From the IMG/VR virus record IMGVR_UViG_3300037755_000828, positions 30,860-94,859 of that record: DNA of 64,000 bases; one strand, written 5' to 3'. The translations under genes and the position numbers were made by a program. The notes beneath the pieces are model-generated. The model was not told where the DNA came from and ran no database searches. It saw nothing but the letters and a program-made list of their open reading frames with translations. Below, one piece after another: positions 55,066 through 63,137 of this stretch (the stretch's first letter is position 1; each line of letters starts with the position of its first letter). The DNA comes from a virus.

Positions 55066-56583
55066 CTACGTCTCATGCCAAGCTAGCGAGCAGGTGACAC
55101 TGGATGTTTGCGAAACCATCTCCACTTCGACCGCAAGCACGTCCCCAGCCTCGCACCTGATTCCGTATTTAGCCAGGTCGATGTCCCGAGATGTTGAGCC
55201 GCCGACGAGCAGCGTCGCAAGTATGGTGCCACCCGTTCGCGTCACACCTGGCGCGACCGAGTAGTCGACGGAGCTCACCGCTGAAACACGCGTCCAGTCC
55301 TGCACACCTGCAAGTGCCGTCGGGTTATGCACGACGCGGATGTACGCAAGGCGATTGCCAGTCTCCACGCCACCGACGAAGTGGATCGGCGTCAGCTCGC
55401 GAGAGTTGAAGGTCCCTCCGAACTCGCCGCGGCACCGAAGGGCGAGCATCACCGTTGGCGTTGTTGTCGCATCGAGCACCGCCTCTTTGCTGAAGGGGTC
55501 GCGTATGTTCACGATCTCGCCTTCAAGGAAGGCGGCCGCCGAGACACCCCGCATCGTGAGCGGGGCAACCGACCCAAGCGATGCGATTGTCCAGCCTACA
55601 TGCAGGTTAGGCGATTTCATGGACGGAGTGATTGCCGTGTTCGGCCACTTGAAAATATGCGCCGTCCACCACGTGCCGTCGGTGCTCATGATCCGGTATT
55701 CAATCGGACCCGCTCCAAGATATGTCATGATGATCTCGAAGACGTTTAGCTTTGTATGGTCGAGCGTAATGCCGCTTGGCCCTGACCCGTCGAATGTGTC
55801 GACGTTCCAGTCGGCCTGTGGCACGAATGCGCCCGACGCCTCACTCATGACATTTGCCATGCCCTCCGTTACGGAACCGAAGGTCCCCGCCGCCGCGCCA
55901 GTGCTCGACATCGTGAACACACCGGCCGTCACGACTGGGGTGTCTTGTAAAAAATAGACCGTGGCCCCGTTCGCTTGCGGCATGAATGCGTCCCAGCCCG
56001 TGTAGCCGAGTTGGTCCGCGATGAACTCGGCGGTTGCCGTCGGGCTCAGGGCTCCGCCGGTTGCCGGTAGAACGAAATCCGCGCCGTTCAACGTGATCGT
56101 GATCGTCTCCACTCCGGCGGCCCCGGCAGTAACGGTGAGCAGCTCGATAGCGATGCTACCCGCAATCTGGTGAAGAACGCCAAAGGTTGTACCCTGATAG
56201 CCAAAGGCCAAGCTTTCGGTCTGCGAGAACCCGCCGGCAAGTTGGAGCGAGGCCGCGATCGGGACGTCGAATAGTGCCGTGAATAGGAGTTGGACCGAGA
56301 CGCCCGCCCGGTAGCGAACCAACCTGCTCGAGAGCAGCGCTGCGTAGTCACCAGGGTTAGCCCCCGTGGAGACGACGAACATCACGTCCTCCGTACTGAC
56401 TGTCCCGGTCCCGCTTTCGAACACCTCCATATCCGTTGGCACCAATCCGTAGTCTGCGAGGACCTGGACCCTCGGCTCGGCGTGGCTCGTGCGCAGCCGG
56501 CCGAACCCGTCGAGCGGGCCAGCCACCTCCGCATCAATGGGGTTGCTGGATGTCGTGTGGGTGGGTCCGCCGGTCTCGCGCAT
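55066..56583 (-). CDS. Probable virion/tail-associated beta-rich protein
   Basis: DGFGRLRTS motif, Gly/Thr/Ala-rich, less GC-biased codons. Confidence 0.6.
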   Translation of the reverse strand: MRETGGPTHTTSSNPIDAEVAGPLDGFGRLRTSHAEPRVQVLADYGLVPTDMEVFESGTGTVSTEDVMFVVSTGANPGDYAALLSSRLVRYRAGVSVQLLFTALFDVPIAASLQLAGGFSQTESLAFGYQGTTFGVLHQIAGSIAIELLTVTAGAAGVETITITLNGADFVLPATGGALSPTATAEFIADQLGYTGWDAFMPQANGATVYFLQDTPVVTAGVFTMSSTGAAAGTFGSVTEGMANVMSEASGAFVPQADWNVDTFDGSGPSGITLDHTKLNVFEIIMTYLGAGPIEYRIMSTDGTWWTAHIFKWPNTAITPSMKSPNLHVGWTIASLGSVAPLTMRGVSAAAFLEGEIVNIRDPFSKEAVLDATTTPTVMLALRCRGEFGGTFNSRELTPIHFVGGVETGNRLAYIRVVHNPTALAGVQDWTRVSAVSSVDYSVAPGVTRTGGTILATLLVGGSTSRDIDLAKYGIRCEAGDVLAVEVEMVSQTSSVTCSLAWHET

Positions 56584-56590
56584 CTGTTGC

Positions 56591-57001
56591 TCACAGCGGC
56601 CTCGCCCCATGAAGCAGGTAGATCCACAGCGCCGGCAGAGCACCGACGTTGGTCAGGTTCTTGATGTTGAGGCGACCGATCGTGCCGGGGATCACGTCGG
56701 TCGAGATGATGCGGATGCGCGAGCTCAGCTCCGAGCCAGTAGCCTCCACGAGGCTCGCCTCTCGTCGCACTTGGGTGCCGACCTCCACGCCGAGCCAGGC
56801 GTCGACCGTGAGCGTGCCAACATCGACGTCGAGGGCGGCGCCGCCAGTCCCGTCCTTGCCGACCAAGGCGAACTGCACGGTCGGGCTGGTGAACCTAAGC
56901 CGGCGCGCATTGTCGGGCGGCGTGTTCGCGGGGTCCGTCCAGTCGGTGTCGAAAGTCCACCCCGACAAGCTCAGCTTCCGAATCAGGATCTCGCCCGCCA
57001 T
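56591..57001 (-). CDS. Hypothetical (probable virion) protein
   Basis: TACCAT-N6-ATG; precedes the 55066 gene. Confidence 0.65.
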   Translation of the reverse strand: MAGEILIRKLSLSGWTFDTDWTDPANTPPDNARRLRFTSPTVQFALVGKDGTGGAALDVDVGTLTVDAWLGVEVGTQVRREASLVEATGSELSSRIRIISTDVIPGTIGRLNIKNLTNVGALPALWIYLLHGARPL

Positions 57002-57034
57002 GCGCGGATGGTACACCCAACAGCGCGCGAGCGC

Positions 57035-57063
57035 TTGCACACCGCGCCAATGGGCTCTATATC
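57035..57063 (+). promoter_or_regulatory. Sigma70-type promoter TTGCAC-N17-TATATC, leaderless to GTG 57070
   Basis: 17-nt spacer, 6 nt to start. Confidence 0.6.
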
Positions 57064-57069
57064 GCACAC

Positions 57070-57273
57070 GTGGACGATGCGATCAGCGCAGCCGCCCTCG
57101 CCTGCGGGGTCGGGCCCTCGGCGGTCCGGGCAGCGCTCGGCTCCGGGCGGGTGCGCGAGGTCGCGGACCTGCTCGGGCTCCCGCATGCCGAGCTCAAGCA
57201 GCGGGTCGCGGATCTCGTGGCCAGCGGTGTTGAGCGAGATCGCGCCATCGCTATGCTGGTGCTCGCGGCGTGA
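57070..57273 (+). CDS. Small HTH-like protein
   Basis: VREVADLLGL. Confidence 0.55.
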   Translation: MDDAISAAALACGVGPSAVRAALGSGRVREVADLLGLPHAELKQRVADLVASGVERDRAIAMLVLAA

Positions 57274-57333
57274 GACATCATGTCTCACGCGTCGCGCCGC
57301 GTGTTCGTCGCGTGCGACATGATGTCTCACGCG
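57268..57333. promoter_or_regulatory. Two palindromes GCGTGAGACAT-N-ATGTCTCACGC, centres 42 bp apart
   Basis: 57268-57290 perfect; 57309-57333 one mismatch. Confidence 0.85.
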
Positions 57334-57358
57334 TGCCCGGCGGTGGTACCATCCACTC

Positions 57359-58186
57359 GTGCAGCTCGAGCTCACGGACACACGACCGGCTGCGATCTTG
57401 CGCCTCGTCGGATCCGGCATGACGGCCAGGGATGCGGCAGCCAAGATCGGGATCAACCGCAAGACCGTCGAGCGATGGCGGCAGCGGCTGGTCGGGTTCG
57501 GCGACGCCTACAACCTGGCCGCGGAGCTGAGCCGCGACAGCACCCCCGAGGGGCGCGATGCGCTCGACCTTCTCGTGCAGACGTGGACTCCAGGGGGGCT
57601 AGTCGACCAAGTCCCCCACGTGAACCCGGCTTGGGTCGAGCTGCGTGAGGCTGCCGCATACCTCAGCTCAGCGGGACAGTCCGCTCCGGCTGAGCCGCCT
57701 TCTGCTGTGGCCGACCCGACCCAAGCTCGCGAGCCAGATCACGTAATCGAGCCATTGGCCGAGCGTGAGCACGAACGTGCGGACCGGACCGAGTGCGTCG
57801 ATCCCGATGTTCTCGATGCGCGCGGCAAGGAGATTGCCGCCCACGCTCGCCGAGCCGAGCCCTCGCCCTACACGACGGTCAGGCCTCCGACGCGCGACGA
57901 ATTCCACGCCATGGCGGCAGCGTTGATGATGGACGAGCGAGCGCCAGAGCGCCTGCGGGTAACGGCGGTTGCGGCGCTCAGCTCGGGGCTGAATGGCGGG
58001 CCCGTCAGGGCCCGCCATTCAGACATCGAGGAAGTCACGACCGCAGCGGCTCGCGAGCGCGGGCGAGACCCCGGCGTGCCGGCGAGCGTGTGGGAGGAGG
58101 CCAGGAAGAACTTCCTGGGTCCGGCCCCCGAGCCGGAGGCCACGCGCAGCGGGGACGTCGTCGAGTTCGACCGGGCACCGGGCTAG
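57359..58186 (+). CDS. HTH protein, terminase small subunit-like
   Basis: GMTARDAAAKIGINRKTVERWR....F..AY. Confidence 0.55.
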   Translation: MQLELTDTRPAAILRLVGSGMTARDAAAKIGINRKTVERWRQRLVGFGDAYNLAAELSRDSTPEGRDALDLLVQTWTPGGLVDQVPHVNPAWVELREAAAYLSSAGQSAPAEPPSAVADPTQAREPDHVIEPLAEREHERADRTECVDPDVLDARGKEIAAHARRAEPSPYTTVRPPTRDEFHAMAAALMMDERAPERLRVTAVAALSSGLNGGPVRARHSDIEEVTTAAARERGRDPGVPASVWEEARKNFLGPAPEPEATRSGDVVEFDRAPG

Positions 58187-59151
58187 ATGTCCTGCGCGGC
58201 CTCGAATGCGCAGACACTGCACTGCATGTGCAAGCGGTCATCGCCATGCAGTTCCTCCGCGTACGGGTCAGGCGCGAGCTCATGCGGCCCTGGCCCCAGG
58301 TCGCCGCCGCACGAGCAGCACACGCCGCGCCTGGTGTTACAGGTCGGGCACCGAGGGACCCGAGCGACGGCGAGCCAACGCACAAGCATCGCGGCCTCGC
58401 CGGTCCCGTCGAGCACGCCCTCGCCGTCCGACCAACGGAGCGCCCACGCAAGCGCGAGCCCGCTGGGGTGTCCTGATGCGAGCAGCCAATCAGCGCGGAC
58501 GTACTCCTCGGCGCGGGAGGCCGGGTCCGTGGTGGCGTCGAGCAGCCGGCGAGGGACGGGAACGAACTTGCGGCCGGAGCCGTGGCACGCGGGGCATGTC
58601 CCGGTCACCGTCGAACGCCAGCCGCCTATCGTCGACTCTACGACCACGCCGTTGCGGTATTGCTCAGTCTGACCGGTTCGGTCCCAGCGCAACAGCGAAC
58701 CCTCGGACCAGGGCGCCCCGGCAAGCGCGAGGGCACTCCCGCCGCCCTCGGGGTCGCGGTCCAGCAATTGCGCCCAGCTCAGCCACTGAGCCCGAAGCCC
58801 TGTCCCCTGCTCCCACCATGACCAGCGCCTGCGCCCTCGACACGTGCGGCACGGCCCCACGTCTGCAGGCGGGGGCTCGCTCTCGACGAGGATGGCCCAC
58901 GCGAGTGCGACGGCGGGCGAGACCCTGAACAGCGGAGCGTTTCGCTGAGCCTCGGCCCACACCTGCACGAATGGGCCACGCAGTTCCGGGTGCGCGTCGG
59001 CCTGAAACGCGAACATCTCCACACACCACGGGCCACGGCCGTGCCACTTGGCCTTCACTGCGTCGTCTGGCCGGCGCAGCCACCCACGCGCCTCGGCCCA
59101 CGCCTTCACTTCGGCAAGCATCTCGGCTTCGGTGGCGACGCTCACGACCAA
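58183..59151 (-). CDS. Protein with DnaJ-like CxxCxG motifs and TIGR02996-like segment
   Basis: CRTCRG, CPACHGSG, DP.....VRADWLLASGHP. Confidence 0.6.
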   Translation of the reverse strand: MVVSVATEAEMLAEVKAWAEARGWLRRPDDAVKAKWHGRGPWCVEMFAFQADAHPELRGPFVQVWAEAQRNAPLFRVSPAVALAWAILVESEPPPADVGPCRTCRGRRRWSWWEQGTGLRAQWLSWAQLLDRDPEGGGSALALAGAPWSEGSLLRWDRTGQTEQYRNGVVVESTIGGWRSTVTGTCPACHGSGRKFVPVPRRLLDATTDPASRAEEYVRADWLLASGHPSGLALAWALRWSDGEGVLDGTGEAAMLVRWLAVARVPRCPTCNTRRGVCCSCGGDLGPGPHELAPDPYAEELHGDDRLHMQCSVCAFEAAQDI

Positions 59152-59795
59152 GCATCCTCGCGCTCAAGCCGATCCTCGAAGGCGGCCAGCTTGTCGCGCA
59201 CGTAGACGACGGGCCGCATGGTGATCTCGATGTTCTTGTTGCCTGGCTCTGCGTTGCGACCGAGCCAGGCTTGGCGCTCAGCGTGGCCAGTGTTCCACCG
59301 CTGCGGGAACACGACGGCACGACCGCCGGTGCGGACACCTTGCTGGTTCGCCACGAAGGACTCGCAGTTCTTGTCGGCGTCATCGATCAGCACCGCGCCC
59401 GGGTACGCGCACGCGTACTTCGCAGGTCCGATCAGGTAGTCGCGGAAGCTCGAACCGAAGACCGACTGCAGCCACTTGGTCTTGCCAGCTGCCGCTGCGG
59501 GATCCTTCGACGGCGAGGTCAAGATCGTCGTCGGGGCCGTGCGCACGCACAGCGACATGAGGTCGAGGCACCAGGGAAGCGGCTCCAGCTCCGCCCAGAA
59601 TGCGGCTCCAGCCTCGTTGATTGGGCGCCACATCTCGTTGCCGCTGATGCCGAGCACCTCTGCCAGATCGTAGACGCCGGCCGGCCACGCCGCGAGGATC
59701 GAGCTCGGGTCGTGGTCGTGCAGCCGGATCGCGGCGCTGGCCCAGTCAGCGAGCACGCCATCGAGGTCGAGGAAGATGCGAGGAATTCGGGTCAT
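59142..59795 (-). CDS. HAD 5'(3')-deoxyribonucleotidase (NT5C-like)
   Basis: IFLDLDGVLAD, ILTSP, K..W, LIDD. Confidence 0.88.
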   Translation of the reverse strand: MTRIPRIFLDLDGVLADWASAAIRLHDHDPSSILAAWPAGVYDLAEVLGISGNEMWRPINEAGAAFWAELEPLPWCLDLMSLCVRTAPTTILTSPSKDPAAAAGKTKWLQSVFGSSFRDYLIGPAKYACAYPGAVLIDDADKNCESFVANQQGVRTGGRAVVFPQRWNTGHAERQAWLGRNAEPGNKNIEITMRPVVYVRDKLAAFEDRLEREDAWS

Positions 59796-59805
59796 CGCTA
59801 CCACG

Positions 59806-59830
59806 AACCGCGACCGCTGCGGCGCATTCC
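59806..59830 (-). promoter_or_regulatory. ECF-type promoter GGAAT-N17-GTT
   Basis: 30 nt to ATG 59795. Confidence 0.8.
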
Positions 59831-59851
59831 TGTGCGTGGTAGCGTGTCGGT

Positions 59852-60226
59852 GTGGCCTCCGAATTCTTCCTCGAGACCCAGTCATTGGTCACGCCGCGCC
59901 TGCGGATCGGCTACCGAGTGAGCGTCGGCGCTCGCTGTCTGGCCAAGCGCTCGGGCCCTGGCTTGATCGGGATCGAGATCCGGCGTGGCGACGGCGGGGG
60001 TGTCGCGACCTACCCGGCCGCCGTCGACTTTCTCGTCTACGGACCAGTAGCCGCTGCCGAGGAGATCACGCTTGAGCTCGGGGCGATCGACATGGTCGGC
60101 GCAGGCTCCTATCTACGCACCTACCAGCTGCGCGTGATGGCGATCGGCGGAGTGGATGACGTCTCCGTGCGCGACGCGAATCTAGCGACCTCGCCGTACT
60201 CTGAGCCCGGCCTCGCTCCACCGTAG
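59852..60226 (+). CDS. Hypothetical protein
   Basis: TGG-TAGCGT-N6-GTG. Confidence 0.6.
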   Translation: MASEFFLETQSLVTPRLRIGYRVSVGARCLAKRSGPGLIGIEIRRGDGGGVATYPAAVDFLVYGPVAAAEEITLELGAIDMVGAGSYLRTYQLRVMAIGGVDDVSVRDANLATSPYSEPGLAPP

Positions 60227-60232
60227 AAACGC

Positions 60233-60556
60233 TCAGCCCTCGCGTTCTCCGGTCACGATCAGGATCTGGATGCCCGCGACGAAGCACTCGTACTCGAGCA
60301 AGTCGGTTCGCAGCTCGAACTTGTAGCCGTAAGCCAACTTCGCGGACTCGGGGCCAGGCCACACCGCTATGAAGTCCGCCGGCATGTAGCTGTCGACCTC
60401 ATCCGGGTTGACCCTTCGTGCGATCTCCAGCACGCGATCGACATCGGCTTCGCTACGGACCCAGATCCGGCCGTAGCTTTTTCGGACGAGCGTCGGTCCG
60501 TAACGGCCGTTTTCGCCACGCAGCCAAGACGGATAGATGGTTGCGTCTGGTGCCAT
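60233..60556 (-). CDS. Hypothetical protein
   Basis: ATG 29 nt from ECF -35. Confidence 0.7.
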   Translation of the reverse strand: MAPDATIYPSWLRGENGRYGPTLVRKSYGRIWVRSEADVDRVLEIARRVNPDEVDSYMPADFIAVWPGPESAKLAYGYKFELRTDLLEYECFVAGIQILIVTGEREG

Positions 60557-60564
60557 TCCGACGC

Positions 60565-60590
60565 AACCGCCCGCGCGCGCGGGCCATTCC
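60565..60590 (-). promoter_or_regulatory. ECF-type promoter GGAAT-N18-GTT
   Basis: 29 nt to ATG 60556. Confidence 0.85.
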
Positions 60591-60598
60591 CGACGCGA

Positions 60599-61189
60599 TC
60601 AAATGAACGTGTAGATCGCGTGGAAGCCCGCCTGCAGCTGGCCGTTGATCAGGTCCTGTAGCGCCTGATCCTGCGCAGCTCCGAGGCTGGTCGCGGTCAC
60701 GTGCATGGTGACCGTCCACAGACCGCCGGCGAGGTAGTCGTCGGCCACGCTCACCGTAGTGAAGGGGTCGGCGGCCGCAGTCACAACCGCATCAAGGTAC
60801 CCAGCATCGACGCACACGCCAGTGTAGTAGGCGGTGTTCACCCCACCTTCTCCCCGCATCTTGGCGAGCACGGTTGCGCGGCGCTCCTCGAGCGTCTGCC
60901 CTTCGATCGGCACAATCCCGCGCTCGCGTTCGCGCTCGGGCAGCATGATATCGGCCGTCCGCGGATCGTACTGGCGCTCGAGCATCTCCCGAGCTCGACG
61001 GAGCCGCGAGAAAAACCGCGCGATCGCTCGGGCCACGGCTGGCAGCCAGCCGACCGTGCGGTGCCAGTACTCGCCAAATGGAAACTGGTCCATCACCACG
61101 GGCGTCTCGCTCACGGACGTCACGTCCAGGAACGCCAGCTCACCGTCGGCGTTGACTTCTTGCGCGCCGTAAATGTCGAGGAACGCCAT
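60599..61189 (-). CDS. Baseplate wedge protein, Mu gp48/DUF2313-like
   Basis: DPRTA..MLPE.E...G......TLEERRA.V.AK....GG....YY. Confidence 0.8.
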   Translation of the reverse strand: MAFLDIYGAQEVNADGELAFLDVTSVSETPVVMDQFPFGEYWHRTVGWLPAVARAIARFFSRLRRAREMLERQYDPRTADIMLPERERERGIVPIEGQTLEERRATVLAKMRGEGGVNTAYYTGVCVDAGYLDAVVTAAADPFTTVSVADDYLAGGLWTVTMHVTATSLGAAQDQALQDLINGQLQAGFHAIYTFI

Positions 61190-61192
61190 GGC

Positions 61193-61628
61193 TCACACGT
61201 CCCTGACCGTGATCACGATCGCCCCGATGATGAACCGGGCTTCCTGCCCGACGCCGGAAAACACGACAGGCGTTGGCGCGCCGATGAAGTCCGTGATCGG
61301 GCCAAAGCGGCGCAGAGTTCCGCCAACGGGAAGGTTGAAGATCGCCCAATAATCGGCGCTGCCAGCCTGCGTAATCGTGGGGAACTCGATCGGGGATGCG
61401 TTCGCGCGGGCGGACCGCCCAACGCTAGGGACCGACGTCGTCCAATCTTGGTGGCCCACGCGGGCGTAGCCCGTCAGCGTGAGCTCGACGCCCGCCTCCG
61501 CTGGGCTGCCGAGGTAGAGCGCGACGTATCGATCCGTGCCAGCCGGCAGGACTCCCGCGAGCATGTCTGCCCGGCCGTCTTCAGGATCCAAGGTTCATCT
61601 CCACGCGCTCTACACCGTTGGTGCTCAT
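61193..61628 (-). CDS. Tail/baseplate-associated protein (apparent 1-nt frame break near 61590)
   Basis: YVALY...P...GYARV...N...IEFP; ATG 61628 couples to baseplate J stop. Confidence 0.6.
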
Positions 61629-62731
61629 GGTGGCTCCGCCCAAGTAGGTGTACCAGGAACGAGCAGAGAAGTCGCCCCGACCAACGTGTCGTAGGGCCCG
61701 TAGCCGCCGATGCCGTCTGCCACAAAAAGGCGGTGATGCTGCTCGCCGGCTGCTCGATCGATCGCCTTCACCAGGTCGTCGTAGTAGGCGAGCCCCCCGG
61801 GCTCGACGGCAGCGAGCGCGAGCGCGAGCGACTCCGTGACCGCGTTGCGGATGTCGACTGTGTCCGGCGTCAGCACGATGTAGGGGTCGAGGTCTTGCAA
61901 CACGGGGCCTTCGACGAACACGCCGTGCAGGCCGGCTGGCTTGAGCGCGGTCAAGGACGCCTCGACCGTGGCGATCAGCGCGAGACTTGGGACCGGCGAG
62001 TCTCCGGGATCTGTGGGGTCCCACTCCTGTGCGATGACCACGAGCACCGTGCCGATCCCAAAGGCGGCGTCGAAGGCCCACGCCTGCGCCACGCCGGACA
62101 CGGCGGTTGACCAGACGACGTAGTCGGTCTCGCTGCCACCGCGTGGGGTCGATTGGATCTTGACTAGCGCCCGCTCACCGACCGAGTCGGCGTCCTCGGC
62201 ATCGAACCCATCGAGGATGCCGTCCTCGCCAAACGTGCCGAGCACGGTCGCGGAAGCATCGAGGCCGACGGGCGGACTCACGAACGTCAGCACGGTGCCC
62301 GTCAGCGTGTTGCCAGCCTCTCCAGCCTCGGATGCGGCGACCGTGATGTTGACCTCGCCGCTTGTAATTGCGCCGATGACCGCTGGCGCTTGGACCAGAA
62401 ACTCTGCGCCGTCGTCTCGGGTGACCACCTGCAGCGCCGGGATCACGGTGCCGTCGACGCCCGTGGCCCTGGCGGGTCCCGTCGCTGCAGTCGCAGCGTT
62501 CGGGTTGACGCCGTAGATCGATCCCCACAGCAGCTTGAACGCTGCATCTGCGAGGTCCACGAACATCTGCCGCGCCTGCCATTGGAGGATCCGCAAGTAC
62601 ATGTAGCCGAAGGCCGCGAGGGCAAAGGCGAGCGCTTCGCGGAGACGGCTCCCGAGCGTGCCGTTGACCTCGACTTCAACATCATCGCGGGCGAGTTGAC
62701 GTAGCTGCTTTAGCGTTGGGACCTGGAACAT
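61625..62731 (-). CDS. Baseplate J / Mu gp47-like protein
   Basis: MFQVPTL, G.AGN, G.D.E, GGSETDYVVW...VSGV..AW. Confidence 0.93.
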   Translation of the reverse strand: MFQVPTLKQLRQLARDDVEVEVNGTLGSRLREALAFALAAFGYMYLRILQWQARQMFVDLADAAFKLLWGSIYGVNPNAATAATGPARATGVDGTVIPALQVVTRDDGAEFLVQAPAVIGAITSGEVNITVAASEAGEAGNTLTGTVLTFVSPPVGLDASATVLGTFGEDGILDGFDAEDADSVGERALVKIQSTPRGGSETDYVVWSTAVSGVAQAWAFDAAFGIGTVLVVIAQEWDPTDPGDSPVPSLALIATVEASLTALKPAGLHGVFVEGPVLQDLDPYIVLTPDTVDIRNAVTESLALALAAVEPGGLAYYDDLVKAIDRAAGEQHHRLFVADGIGGYGPYDTLVGATSLLVPGTPTWAEPP

Positions 62732-62732
62732 A

Positions 62733-63137
62733 TCAGCTGCCCCCCTGAGGCAGAACGACTGCGCCTTCGGCCACGTTGCCGTCGGAGCGCAGGATCACCC
62801 ACCGCATCGTCAGCTCGTTAACGGAGGTCTGCGTGACCATGACGTCGACGCTCGCGGCATGAAGCGGAACAAACGCGGCGCGCAAAGCTGACTCGTAGCG
62901 CTCCTCGAGCAGCAAGCGCGTGCTGGCTACGAGCGGTTGGGCGAAGCCTAGCCACCCCCGCGAGCTCGCCCCCTCAGGTCGGCGACACAGCCATTGCTGG
63001 TGCCGGCGGGTATCCCCGGGCCGGACCGCGGAGCGCTCGGGCGCGTCCGTGAAGCAGACCGCCAGCACCTCCTCGGTCAACGCGTCGGTCTGCTGTCCAG
63101 CGAGCTCATAGACGGGCTTGGGGTTGGAGCTAGTCAT
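62733..63137 (-). CDS. Mu gp46-like baseplate protein
   Basis: L...VL...FTD, SRGWL, Y..AL; adjacent to gp47. Confidence 0.65.
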   Translation of the reverse strand: MTSSNPKPVYELAGQQTDALTEEVLAVCFTDAPERSAVRPGDTRRHQQWLCRRPEGASSRGWLGFAQPLVASTRLLLEERYESALRAAFVPLHAASVDVMVTQTSVNELTMRWVILRSDGNVAEGAVVLPQGGS

